In this document: piece by piece, positions 14,459 to 21,941 of the stretch
How positions within the stretch are numbered: position 1 is the first letter of the stretch
Layout of the letters: each line of letters starts with the position of its first letter
Source of the DNA: a virus
Direction: 5' to 3' (one strand)
DNA length: 39,436 nt
IMG/VR virus record: IMGVR_UViG_3300045988_020061
Position numbers and translations under genes: made by a program
The notes under the pieces: generated by a model
What the model was told of the DNA's origin: nothing
What the model saw: the letters and a program-made list of their open reading frames with translations, nothing else
Databases searched by the model: none

Positions 14459-14520
14459 ATCCGATTAGCCGATAAAAACAAGCGGAGAGGTTTGCCCGAA
14501 ATAAGGCAGGAGGGGAAGAA

Positions 14521-15177
14521 ATGGAAAAAACTTTGCAGGATATTTGCAGAGAGGCAAAGGAGTATCAGCATCTTACCACGCAAGACTTAGCCGATTTAAC
14601 AGATCTGTCATCGTCCACGATCAGCAATTACTTTTCTGCGTCGTCAAAGGATCCAAGCCTATACAAAATGGGGCTTATATGCGCCGCCCTCGGTGTGTCT
14701 ATAGATGAGTATTTTGGTATCGTAAAGAGACCAACCACGGAGGAGCAGCTGGCAGAGGCCCACAGAGCAATGGCCGATGCAGATGCAAAGCATAGCACCG
14801 CCTTACGCATTGCGCACTTGGAGGGCGGCATGGAGCAACTGACCGGATCAGTGGCAAAGCACGAAAAAAAGGAGCGCGTATTGCAAATTTGGGTGTATAT
14901 CCTGGCGTTTTCGCTGTCGATTTCCGTATCCATAATATTTGGATATTTGGCGTTTGACTCAAGCGTCCCGCAAACAGGGCTTATCCGCAACGGGAAGATT
15001 ACATCACTCGGCTGGATGCTATTTGCACTGCTTGCGGTAGGCGTCGGAGTAATCATTGCTGCGCTGATTAATGCGCTGCGATATTACAGGCACCATCAAA
15101 CCGATAAAAATATAGGGCAGGAGGATAAAAATGGGAAAAGCAATGAGGAGGGCCAACGGAACCGGGACGGTGTATAA
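14521..15177 (+). CDS. Membrane-tethered XRE-family HTH protein
   Basis: HTH segment LTTQDLADLTDLSSSTISNYFS. This is followed by a coiled segment and two predicted TM helices (IWVYILAFSLSISVSIIFGYL and WMLFALLAVGVGVIIAALI). Confidence 0.6.
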   Translation: MEKTLQDICREAKEYQHLTTQDLADLTDLSSSTISNYFSASSKDPSLYKMGLICAALGVSIDEYFGIVKRPTTEEQLAEAHRAMADADAKHSTALRIAHLEGGMEQLTGSVAKHEKKERVLQIWVYILAFSLSISVSIIFGYLAFDSSVPQTGLIRNGKITSLGWMLFALLAVGVGVIIAALINALRYYRHHQTDKNIGQEDKNGKSNEEGQRNRDGV

Positions 15178-16132
15178 GCTCGCCGGCCGCCGCCGCAGGC
15201 CCTGGGTGGCCGCAAAGCAAAAAATCATTATAGGATATTACCCTACCAAAAAAGATGCTATAGCGGCGCTGGAACGCCTTGCAGGCAAGGATTTAACGGA
15301 GCGGTACAACATGACCTTTGCCCAAGTGTTCGACGCTTGGAAAGTGGAGCATTACAAAAAAATAGGGCCAATCGGTATAGAGGGCTATGACGGCGCATTT
15401 AAAATTTTTGCGCCTCTGCACGACCGGAAGTTCCGGGAATTAAAAACGGCAGATTTCCAAGGCGTGCTGGATGCCCATATGCATAAATCCCATAGCACTG
15501 TGTCCAAGTATAAGCAGCTCTTAACGCAGATGTCCACATGGGCCATGCGCGAGGAGATCATCACAACAAATTTTGCAAAATTCGTCCAGCTCCCCGAAAA
15601 CACAAAAAAAGAAAAAGAAACATTTACCGATGCTGAAATAAGCAAACTGGAAGCGGACGGCAGCGACACCGCAAAAATTATCCTCATGCTGATTTACACA
15701 GGCATGCGCATAGGGGAGTTGTTTTCCCTCCCGACTAAAGACTATCACAAAGATTATGTGATCGGAGGCGAAAAGACGGAAGCCGGGCGGAACAGGATCA
15801 TTCCCATCCGCCCCGAAGGGCTCCCATACTTTGCCTATTTTGCAAATAAGGCCACCGGCCCGCTGCTCATATCCGGCTATGCTGGTGAAAAAATCCCAGC
15901 AAACTTCCGCCGTCGGGATTATTACCCGCTTTTGGAAAAATTAAAAATCCAGCGCAAAACGCCGCACTCCACCCGGCACACCTATGCGAGCTGGGCGAGA
16001 AAAGCGGGGATTGCTCCGGAGACGCTACAGAGGATCCTCGGCCACGCCAACTACTCCACTACCGCAAATATATATGTCCATACGTCAGCGGAGGAATTGG
16101 TGCAGGCCGTTAAAAAGGCGAAAATTTGTTAG
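15131..16132 (+). CDS. int: Tyrosine recombinase / phage integrase
   Basis: RRANGTGTVYK arm-binding N-terminus. Catalytic region HSTRHTYASW...LGHANYSTTANIYVH. AGGAGG RBS. Confidence 0.95.
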   Translation: MGKAMRRANGTGTVYKLAGRRRRPWVAAKQKIIIGYYPTKKDAIAALERLAGKDLTERYNMTFAQVFDAWKVEHYKKIGPIGIEGYDGAFKIFAPLHDRKFRELKTADFQGVLDAHMHKSHSTVSKYKQLLTQMSTWAMREEIITTNFAKFVQLPENTKKEKETFTDAEISKLEADGSDTAKIILMLIYTGMRIGELFSLPTKDYHKDYVIGGEKTEAGRNRIIPIRPEGLPYFAYFANKATGPLLISGYAGEKIPANFRRRDYYPLLEKLKIQRKTPHSTRHTYASWARKAGIAPETLQRILGHANYSTTANIYVHTSAEELVQAVKKAKIC

Positions 16133-16144
16133 TAGTTTGTTAGT
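16128..16144 (+). repeat. Two GTTAGT arm-type repeats (P arm)
   Basis: GTTAGT at 16128 and 16139, overlapping the int stop codon. Confidence 0.55.
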
Positions 16145-16270
16145 TACCGACGGGAGCCAAGGCAGGCCCGTGCAAAATTACTCGGCGAAAAGTTGCAAAA
16201 TCGCAACAAATGCTGTTGTTTTTATTAACTTTTGTGCTTATATATTCAGAACGGGTATATTTGACGTGCA

Positions 16271-16305
16271 TGGGGTCACAGGTTCAAGTCCTGTACCGCG
16301 CACCA
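16271..16305 (+). other. attP core: 3' fragment of a tRNA gene (T-arm, acceptor 3' strand, CCA)
   Basis: ACAGG-TTCAAGT-CCTGT T-arm, then ACCGCGC-A-CCA. No matching 5' acceptor strand (GCGCGGT) lies upstream, so this is not a complete tRNA. Confidence 0.7.
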
Positions 16306-16347
16306 AAAAGTCCAGGAATCTCAAGGGTTCCCGGACTTTTTATTTTT
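16306..16347 (+). terminator. Rho-independent terminator following the tRNA fragment
   Basis: Stem AGTCCAGGAA/TTCCCGGACT with one mismatch, followed by TTTTTATTTTT. Confidence 0.7.
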
Positions 16348-16362
16348 GCCAAGATTAACTTT

Positions 16363-16398
16363 GTTAGTAATGTGTTAGTAGTAGCGATTTAGGTTAGT
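16363..16398 (+). repeat. Three GTTAGT arm-type repeats (P' arm)
   Basis: GTTAGT at 16363, 16374 and 16393, in the same orientation as the P-arm copies. Confidence 0.55.
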
Positions 16399-16712
16399 TT
16401 TTTTAGGACGCTGTTATAAGCTTTCTCATTGACGATTTTTAGGGTGTCCATAAGCTCGTCCATGACTTCCCACGCCCTATCCTGCGCCACATTCCCGACC
16501 GCTTCCAAAAATTCACTGCCGGAGGGTTTTATTGTCTTGTCCGGCGCAGGCTCTGCGGAATACAGCATTGGGGGCGCTTTCGCCTGCGGTTGCTCCCCGC
16601 CGTGCTCGTTACGGATAATGTAGAGAGCCGCCAGTTTCTCATAATTGGGCCAGCTTGATTCTTCTGTTTCCAGCCGTGCGATCCATAGTTTCAGCTCGGT
16701 TTCATCGATCAT
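16389..16712 (-). CDS. Hypothetical protein (accessory cassette)
   Basis: ATG (MIDETELKLWIARLE) follows AAAGGGGGA. Confidence 0.5.
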   Translation of the reverse strand: MIDETELKLWIARLETEESSWPNYEKLAALYIIRNEHGGEQPQAKAPPMLYSAEPAPDKTIKPSGSEFLEAVGNVAQDRAWEVMDELMDTLKIVNEKAYNSVLKKLT

Positions 16713-16725
16713 GGGGAATCCCCCT

Positions 16726-17103
16726 TTAATTCTCCATAAGGCTGACAGCGCGGCGCAGGGCATCCCTGACGCGCTCGTCATCAGTTTCCCGCATCATGTC
16801 GTTTAGCTGGGTGCGCAGATGCTCCGCGCCATCCGCACGGCTGTAATGTCCGCGCACATAGTGCGAGCCGCGCCGCGCGTAGGAACTGCCCCGTCCATAG
16901 GCGCCGCGCATATCCGCTTCCCAATCACCGCCGCCAGAATAGCCGTCTGATTCCATCATGTCAATTTTATCTATGTTCTTGATGGTTGCTGTCAGTTTGT
17001 GGGCAATTTCCAGGTCACCCGCACCCAATTCGCCCTTTCGGGCCAGTTCGTCCAGCTCCTTGCAGAGCATATCCCGCAGTTCATACATAGATTTCATACC
17101 CAT
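16726..17103 (-). CDS. Hypothetical protein with a Gly/Ser/Arg/Tyr-rich centre (accessory cassette)
   Basis: 125-aa ORF with an AAGGAG RBS and helical ends flanking GYSGGGDW...GRGSSYARRGSHYVRGHYSR. Confidence 0.55.
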   Translation of the reverse strand: MGMKSMYELRDMLCKELDELARKGELGAGDLEIAHKLTATIKNIDKIDMMESDGYSGGGDWEADMRGAYGRGSSYARRGSHYVRGHYSRADGAEHLRTQLNDMMRETDDERVRDALRRAVSLMEN

Positions 17104-17117
17104 TGTGTTCTCCTTTC

Positions 17118-17540
17118 TCAGCTCACACGGTCGATGGTCAGGTTGCTATTGGCAAAGCTGACCGCCTCCGCGCTGGTGTTCTTCGCTGCCACAGTCACGC
17201 AGCAGCCACGCGGCACTTCCACAATGGCGCTGACATAGACGTTAAAATAGTTTTCCACCGCAGCAGGGGTGACGGTCGCCGTTGCTCCGTTGAGTGCCTC
17301 GCCGTTGACGGCAAGCGCCGTGGTGATCGCACCTACCGTGCCGCCCGTGGGGACGGCGATGTTTGCGCCAAAGCTCACCTTAAAGCGCGCCTTACACTGC
17401 TGCGTCAATCCGCGCAGGGTGACAAGTCCACTGCCCTCTCGGTGGACGATGCAGGGCTTGCCGCAAGCCGCCGTGGAGACCATCGGCACATTCTGTCCGG
17501 CAGGAACAATGACGATCCCGGGGTTCACATATTCAGCCAT
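17118..17540 (-). CDS. BclA C-terminal-domain-like (C1q/TNF-like jelly roll) protein without collagen repeats
   Basis: VPAGQNVPM...IVHREGSGLVTLRG...ALAVNGEALNGA...VAAKNTSAEAVSFANSNLTIDRV follows the BclA-CTD pattern as I recall it. Confidence 0.5.
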   Translation of the reverse strand: MAEYVNPGIVIVPAGQNVPMVSTAACGKPCIVHREGSGLVTLRGLTQQCKARFKVSFGANIAVPTGGTVGAITTALAVNGEALNGATATVTPAAVENYFNVYVSAIVEVPRGCCVTVAAKNTSAEAVSFANSNLTIDRVS

Positions 17541-17557
17541 ATATTTCAGTCCTTTCT

Positions 17558-17590
17558 AAAAATACAGCGGCAGGGCTATTGCCCCGCCGC
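17558..17590 (-). terminator. Rho-independent terminator between accessory genes
   Basis: On the minus strand there is a 10-bp stem GCGGCGGGGC/GCCCTGCCGC (one G-U pair) with loop AATA, followed by TGTATTTTT. Confidence 0.65.
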
Positions 17591-17658
17591 GTTATCGTAG
17601 TATCGGCACGGGGCCGACCATTTCGCCGTTGTCGGCAAAAAGCTATGCTATGCAGTTG

Positions 17659-18396
17659 TCAGCAGCCGCAGCCCTGATTGCATCCGCAGCCGCCGTAACC
17701 GCTGCCTGCCCACGGGTTACAAGTAATGTAGGCAGGCGAAGGGCACGGACGAAGCTGCGAGATCAGATAGTTGTTCTGCGCGGCCTGAGATGCCGCCAGC
17801 TTCAGATTCTGATTCTCGGTCTGGAGGTCGGACAGCTTGCTTTGCGTCAGGAAGTCGAGGATGGCGCGGCTGTTCTGGTTGTTCGCGTCAATGATGTCGC
17901 GCGTGGCGTTCTGCACGGTGTTGCGCGTGTCGCACGCCTGCGTCGCCATGTCGTAGCGCACCTGCGCGATAGCTGCACGGTTTTCGCAGCAGCAATTTGC
18001 GGCCTGCATCTGCATGGCGTTGAGTTGCTGCATCAGCGCCGCCTGCTGGTTGCTACGGGACAGCTCGGCCTGTGCAAAGCCGTTTGCCATCGCCATGTTG
18101 GTGCCGTTGACAAGCTGCGCTTGCTGGTAAAATCCGTCGCAAAGGCCCTGATTTACGCTGTCGATCTTGCGCTCGACATTGGCAAAATCAGAGGTCAGCA
18201 CGTAGCCGTCTACGACGCCGCCGGAATTGCCGGCGTTGTTTCCCCAGCCGTTGCCGCCCCAGCCGCAGAACACAAACAGGAAAAGAATGATGATCCACCA
18301 CGCACCATCGCCGCCGAAGCCGCCAAAGCCGCTGTTCATCATGCCGGTAGGCGCAACAGGCATAGTGGCCTGAACGCCGCCGTCAGAAAGAGACAT
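17659..18396 (-). CDS. Low-complexity membrane protein (Gly-rich N-terminus, TM helix, Q/N-rich coiled coil, C-terminal CGC repeats)
   Basis: GFGGFGGDGAWWIIILFLFVFCGWGGNGWGNN, then NQQAALMQQLNAMQMQAANCCCENR, ending in GYGGCGCNQGCGC. AAAGGAGTG RBS. Confidence 0.6.
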   Translation of the reverse strand: MSLSDGGVQATMPVAPTGMMNSGFGGFGGDGAWWIIILFLFVFCGWGGNGWGNNAGNSGGVVDGYVLTSDFANVERKIDSVNQGLCDGFYQQAQLVNGTNMAMANGFAQAELSRSNQQAALMQQLNAMQMQAANCCCENRAAIAQVRYDMATQACDTRNTVQNATRDIIDANNQNSRAILDFLTQSKLSDLQTENQNLKLAASQAAQNNYLISQLRPCPSPAYITCNPWAGSGYGGCGCNQGCGC

Positions 18397-18430
18397 AGTA
18401 TCACTCCTTTGAAAAATTTTTATTCATCAA

Positions 18431-18444
18431 ATCGTGGCCACGAT
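18431..18444. promoter_or_regulatory. Perfect 14-bp palindrome ATCGTGGCCACGAT upstream of 17659..18396
   Basis: Read directly from the sequence. It lies between a hairpin (18457-18491) and the RBS of the downstream gene. Confidence 0.5.
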
Positions 18445-18486
18445 AAGATTCCTGTAAATAAGCAAACTCTTTGCTAATTTGTTTGC

Positions 18487-18705
18487 TTATTGCATCAGAC
18501 TTTGAAACTGCTTTGCCATCTGCTGAAGCTGGTTGAGCTGCTGCTGGTTCAGCTTACCGCTCTGCAAGAGCTTTTCGACCTCCGCTTTGGGGTCACCCTT
18601 GAAATTTGCTTTGAACTGGTTGAACTGCTGCATCATGCGCTGGAACTGGCCTACCGGTCCGGGCATCTGCCCGCCGCCCAGCGCGGCCATGAACGGATTA
18701 GTCAT
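18487..18705 (-). CDS. Q-rich small protein (accessory cassette)
   Basis: MTNPFMAALGGGQMPG...QQLNQLQQMAKQFQSLMQ. The ATG follows GAGGAGG. Confidence 0.5.
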   Translation of the reverse strand: MTNPFMAALGGGQMPGPVGQFQRMMQQFNQFKANFKGDPKAEVEKLLQSGKLNQQQLNQLQQMAKQFQSLMQ

Positions 18706-19147
18706 CGTCATCGTCCTCCTCAACCTTGCGCTTCTTTTTCCCCTTTATTTCGCCCACAAGCTCCGCCAGACGGTCGAACTCCTCGCGGGTGACAAATTCC
18801 ACGCCCGGCTTTTGCGGCGCGTTAGAGGCCGTTTCTGCGCGTTCCACGAGGTCGTAAATCTTGAGCGCCGGTTTTCCGCTTGCGTCTGCCTGCTTGAGGT
18901 AAACGGTGGGGGCGGTGGAATCCCACAACGCTACGGCAGAGTTTGGCGCGATGAGATAACCTCTTGCCTCCTGCTCGCCGCTTACCCACTGTACGCCGCC
19001 TTGTGCGATGGGGTTCTGTTGCACTGGCTGCGACATAGGCTGCTGCATGGGCTGCATCTGTGGCTGCTGCATCTGCCGCATCTGCATGAGGTTGTCTGGC
19101 ATCGGCTGCGGATAATAGGGGTTGAAATAGGGATATGCCATGTTCAT
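18698..19147 (-). CDS. Protein with a P/Q/M-rich N-terminus, a globular middle part and a poly-acidic tail (accessory cassette)
   Basis: MNMAYPYFNPYYPQPMPDNLMQMRQMQQPQMQPMQQ...VQWVSGEQEARGYLIAPNSAVALWD...EEDDDDD. The ATGA overlaps the upstream gene. Confidence 0.55.
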   Translation of the reverse strand: MNMAYPYFNPYYPQPMPDNLMQMRQMQQPQMQPMQQPMSQPVQQNPIAQGGVQWVSGEQEARGYLIAPNSAVALWDSTAPTVYLKQADASGKPALKIYDLVERAETASNAPQKPGVEFVTREEFDRLAELVGEIKGKKKRKVEEDDDDD

Positions 19148-19527
19148 TCCTCCGTTTCTTTGTCCCAGAAATAAAGCGGGATTTCGTTCTCGCTGTTCCA
19201 GCTGTCATAGATAATCCCGTCCTGAACGCACACTACATGCCCAGAGAGGGCAAGAATATAAGTCCCGTGCGGGTGATCATCGGCAAACCTGCCGACCGTG
19301 TAACAGTCCGGGCAAGTGTCCGGTATGATGTATCTCCGGTAGCCTAAGGACCGCAGATACGCGCCCCAACAGGCGTCTGCATTGGGCAAGTCACCGTCCA
19401 AGTAGCCCTGCATGCACAGCCGGAGGTACACGTCGCCCCAATCCTTTCCCGTGGCCTTACAGATCGCACGGACAGTGCAATCGGACACGTTTTTCCCGCA
19501 GGGATTTGGATTAAAATATTTATACAT
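19144..19527 (-). CDS. Hypothetical protein, possible papain-like Cys/His fold
   Basis: MYKYFNPNPCGKNVSDCTVRAICKATG...LSGHVVCVQDGIIYDSW is a recurrent gut-Firmicutes family with conserved Cys, His and Asp. The fold assignment is an inference. Confidence 0.5.
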   Translation of the reverse strand: MYKYFNPNPCGKNVSDCTVRAICKATGKDWGDVYLRLCMQGYLDGDLPNADACWGAYLRSLGYRRYIIPDTCPDCYTVGRFADDHPHGTYILALSGHVVCVQDGIIYDSWNSENEIPLYFWDKETEE

Positions 19528-19660
19528 GATTGCAATCCCTATATAGGCTTTCAGCAATTTCCACATACGCTAAAAGCCCCTGGGGATCGTCTGCGTACAG
19601 AATGCAAATATCCTGCGCCATTTGCGCGGTAAACCCGCATTTGATTAAGCGCTCGTACAT
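19520..19660 (-). CDS. 46-aa hypothetical protein (absent from the ORF track)
   Basis: MYERLIKCGFTAQMAQDICILYADDPQGLLAYVEIAESLYRDCNHV. AAGGAGG RBS. It overlaps the next start by 8 nt. Confidence 0.45.
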   Translation of the reverse strand: MYERLIKCGFTAQMAQDICILYADDPQGLLAYVEIAESLYRDCNHV

Positions 19661-19680
19661 ATTCCCGCCTCCTTGCCTCT

Positions 19681-19718
19681 ATAATAAAAGAAATCCGGGC
19701 AGATAAACTGCCCGGATT
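19681..19718 (-). terminator. Rho-independent terminator (second of a tandem pair)
   Basis: 11-bp stem AATCCGGGCAG/CTGCCCGGATT, followed on the minus strand by TCTTTTATTAT. Confidence 0.65.
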
Positions 19719-19785
19719 CTGCCTTGATTCTGCAATAATTAAGCTTCTTCTTTCCCTCTTTAATTAGTTTCTCGTTGTGTGCAAA

Positions 19786-19826
19786 AACGAAAAATAGCCG
19801 CGCCCTTTTTGGGCGCGGCTATTTTT
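19786..19826. terminator. Bidirectional Rho-independent terminator after the lysis-module genes
   Basis: 12-bp stem ATAGCCGCGCCC/GGGCGCGGCTAT with T-runs on both strands. Confidence 0.75.
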
Positions 19827-20100
19827 AGGAATTGAATGCATCCGCCAGTTTTTGGTATGCGCGGCGGCGCAATTTGTAAAATCCATCTACGCTGATATGT
19901 AGTTTTGCCGCCGTCTGTACGCAGGTGCGGCCAAAAACGTCCACGTCAATTACACAGGTTTCCTCGTCTTCCGGTAGCCCTACCGCACGGATTGTTTCTG
20001 TGGCGCGGCATGGTGCCATAGTGGATAGTTTTTTGCGGATCCTTTTGTGCTGATCTATCATTTCCCACGGTGTGCCGTGGAGGTGCGGATGTTTATGCAC
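19825..20100 (-). CDS. Small HTH protein (sigma region-4-like); start uncertain
   Basis: C-terminal CVQTAAKLHISVDGFYKLRRRAYQKLA. The start is either GTG at 20100 or ATG at 20061. Confidence 0.45.
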   Translation of the reverse strand: MHKHPHLHGTPWEMIDQHKRIRKKLSTMAPCRATETIRAVGLPEDEETCVIDVDVFGRTCVQTAAKLHISVDGFYKLRRRAYQKLADAFNS

Positions 20101-20150
20101 GGGCGTGAGGCCGGCGTAGCGGTGTCCTCTGCGCCCTCCAGTGGATTATT

Positions 20151-20819
20151 TTACCCCTCTCGGATGTAGCCCTCGAAGCCAGCGTTTTTCAAGCGCTGGA
20201 GCATCTTCTCGGCGTTCTCGCGGACGGCAAATGCGCCGACCTGGACGCGGTAGAGCTTATCGGTGGTCGGCTGGGCGGGCTTAGGCTGCTCCTTCTCCTT
20301 GTAGGCCACGCCAAAATAGTTGCAGATACCGTGGGCGATAGCTTCGCCGATCTCCGTGGTATGCTCCACGATCCACTTTGCTACGCTTGGCACATCGTGA
20401 AAATCGACCTCAATATAGGCCGTTGGAGCCACAGCCGCCTTGACCTCATACAGACTGGGATTTGCCTTGATGTTCTCGCTTGTGCCGGGGGAGACGGGCG
20501 CAACCACATCGAAAATGGCCTTGCAAGCCTTGTAGCCGTTGCCGCTGGTATTGTAGCAAAACATGCGCGTACCGCTCACGGAGCCGTTGAAGGAGTTGGT
20601 ATGGATCGGCACATGAAGGTCAGCGCCCCAGCTATTGGAGTGTCTGCATCTGTCCTCGATCTCTACACCGGCATGCTCCATCATTACTTCGATGCCGCAG
20701 CGCTCCAGCGCGGCCTTACACGCAGCGCCGATCTTGCCGCACTGCTCACCCTCGGTGGTGCCACCGTAAGCGTACGCGTTATTAAACTGCTTGGACGGGG
20801 AAAGATATACCTTAGCCAT
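20151..20819 (-). CDS. Endolysin: N-acetylmuramoyl-L-alanine amidase (Amidase_3) with a C-terminal SPOR domain
   Basis: YLSPSKQ...HTNSFNG amidase core. C-terminal YRVQVGAFAVRENAEKMLQRLKNAGFEGYI. Confidence 0.9.
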   Translation of the reverse strand: MAKVYLSPSKQFNNAYAYGGTTEGEQCGKIGAACKAALERCGIEVMMEHAGVEIEDRCRHSNSWGADLHVPIHTNSFNGSVSGTRMFCYNTSGNGYKACKAIFDVVAPVSPGTSENIKANPSLYEVKAAVAPTAYIEVDFHDVPSVAKWIVEHTTEIGEAIAHGICNYFGVAYKEKEQPKPAQPTTDKLYRVQVGAFAVRENAEKMLQRLKNAGFEGYIREG

Positions 20820-21027
20820 TGTTTTTTACCTCCTTGTTGTAGTTGACCGTGGAAATGCACAGCACCGCGCCGAGGAACGTGTCCACGGCGGTGATGGTGG
20901 TCACCACCTCATCAGGGTACGGCCACGCCCATACACCCGCCAGCGCCGCGTACAGGGTTGCCAGCGCGGGCAGGACGATGATGACCACCCACTTCAGGAT
21001 GTCGTACAGTTTGTTCGATAGTTTCAT
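20812..21027 (-). CDS. Holin
   Basis: MKLSNKLYDILKWVVIIVLPALATLYAALAGVW...TAVDTFLGAVLCIS contains two TM helices. The gene overlaps the endolysin start. Confidence 0.85.
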   Translation of the reverse strand: MKLSNKLYDILKWVVIIVLPALATLYAALAGVWAWPYPDEVVTTITAVDTFLGAVLCISTVNYNKEVKNNG

Positions 21028-21068
21028 TTTTTGCTCCTTTCCGTGCCCAATTCGGGCACAATCCGCAT

Positions 21069-21221
21069 TTATTTGTTGGTGATATGCTCCAAATCATCGA
21101 TACGATGATTTGCGACCTTGATTTGTTCCTCCAGCGCTGAAACGCGCAGGGCAAAATTGTTGTGTTCCCGGACTGCCCGGGTCAGCTCGTCCAATTTGGT
21201 ATCGGTAACGGCCTGATCCAT
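21069..21221 (-). CDS. 50-aa coiled-coil protein in the lysis module (absent from the ORF track)
   Basis: MDQAVTDTKLDELTRAVREHNNFALRVSALEEQIKVANHRIDDLEHITNK. The RBS is weak. Confidence 0.35.
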   Translation of the reverse strand: MDQAVTDTKLDELTRAVREHNNFALRVSALEEQIKVANHRIDDLEHITNK

Positions 21222-21229
21222 TGTATGCT

Positions 21230-21559
21230 CTATCGGATAGGCAGTTTCCGCACTTCCTCCATGACCCTTTTTGCACTGCCGTTGCCACCCATCTCCGCAT
21301 ACGGCTCGTAGAGGTACACCTGCAAGTTCTCGTACTCGTCCTGCGTGATGTAGCCCCGATCGATGTACACCATGCCGAGGTGGATGATGCGGTCATGGGC
21401 AAGCCCCACCAGCAGCTTACGCTCCGCCTCGTCCGCCTTGCTGCGCTTGGCCGCCAGCTCCATCCGTTTGAGGATCACCTTGCTCACCACGCCCCACAGG
21501 GCGGTGGAGGTCAGCAGCGCCACAATGACGGGCACCGCCACCTGCGTCCATATCTCCAT
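21230..21559 (-). CDS. Membrane protein of the lysis module
   Basis: N-terminal TM segment WTQVAVPVIVALLTSTALWGVV. AAGGAAGGAG RBS. Confidence 0.55.
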   Translation of the reverse strand: MEIWTQVAVPVIVALLTSTALWGVVSKVILKRMELAAKRSKADEAERKLLVGLAHDRIIHLGMVYIDRGYITQDEYENLQVYLYEPYAEMGGNGSAKRVMEEVRKLPIR

Positions 21560-21732
21560 CGCATTTACTCCTTCCTTTGCTTGCCGCAGTTCCCCGCTTT
21601 ACGCACCGCCAGCACACCAGCGTGCCCTCATAGTCCAGCTCTGCGCATTGCGCGTCTAAATTAAGCCCGTCAGGGCGTTGGGATGTTTGGTTAGCATGTT
21701 TCAGCTCGGGTTCTTGTCCTCGTTATGCGGGA

Positions 21733-21918
21733 TTAATCTACATTGACCACGGCAGGGTAAACCTGTCCCCTCTGCACAACCACCAGCTCAAAGCGGCCCT
21801 CCCCGTAAAGTTTGGCGTACTTTTCTGCGATTTCCGGCCACACGACGCGCACGGCGTTATTCTCTCCCTGCTTGCCGAGCGGAATGCGCATTGCATCGCG
21901 CACAATAACTGTCCTCAC
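21733..21918 (-). CDS. Hypothetical protein downstream of the tail fibre
   Basis: GTG start 5 nt after AAGGAGGTG. Confidence 0.45.
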   Translation of the reverse strand: MRTVIVRDAMRIPLGKQGENNAVRVVWPEIAEKYAKLYGEGRFELVVVQRGQVYPAVVNVD

Positions 21919-21941
21919 GGGACCACCTCCTTTCTTCACAC

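Noticed and set aside
14275-14583. A 102-aa minus-strand ORF in the lysogeny region.
   Set aside because: It spans the plus-strand terminator, promoter and start of the HTH-membrane gene. Its translation is Leu/Ser/Phe/Cys-rich, AT-driven noise.
16200-16305. A complete tRNA gene downstream of the integrase.
   Set aside because: Only the T-arm, 3' acceptor strand and CCA are present. No complementary 5' acceptor strand (GCGCGGT), D-arm or anticodon arm lies in the preceding 80 nt.
17629-18477. Long plus-strand ORF (282 aa). Similar long ORFs lie antisense to late genes at 29065..30006, 30876..31832, 32601..33515 and 36494..37531.
   Set aside because: They mirror well-supported minus-strand genes. 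They have Arg/Ala/Gly/His-rich, repetitive, low-information translations typical of shadow ORFs in GC-rich coding DNA. They also lack RBSs.
21560-21732. A Cys-containing reading frame (DAQCAELDYEGTLVCWRC...) in the gap between the fibre and lysis modules.
   Set aside because: There is no usable start codon before it runs into the next gene in another frame. It is treated as intergenic and may hold a promoter.
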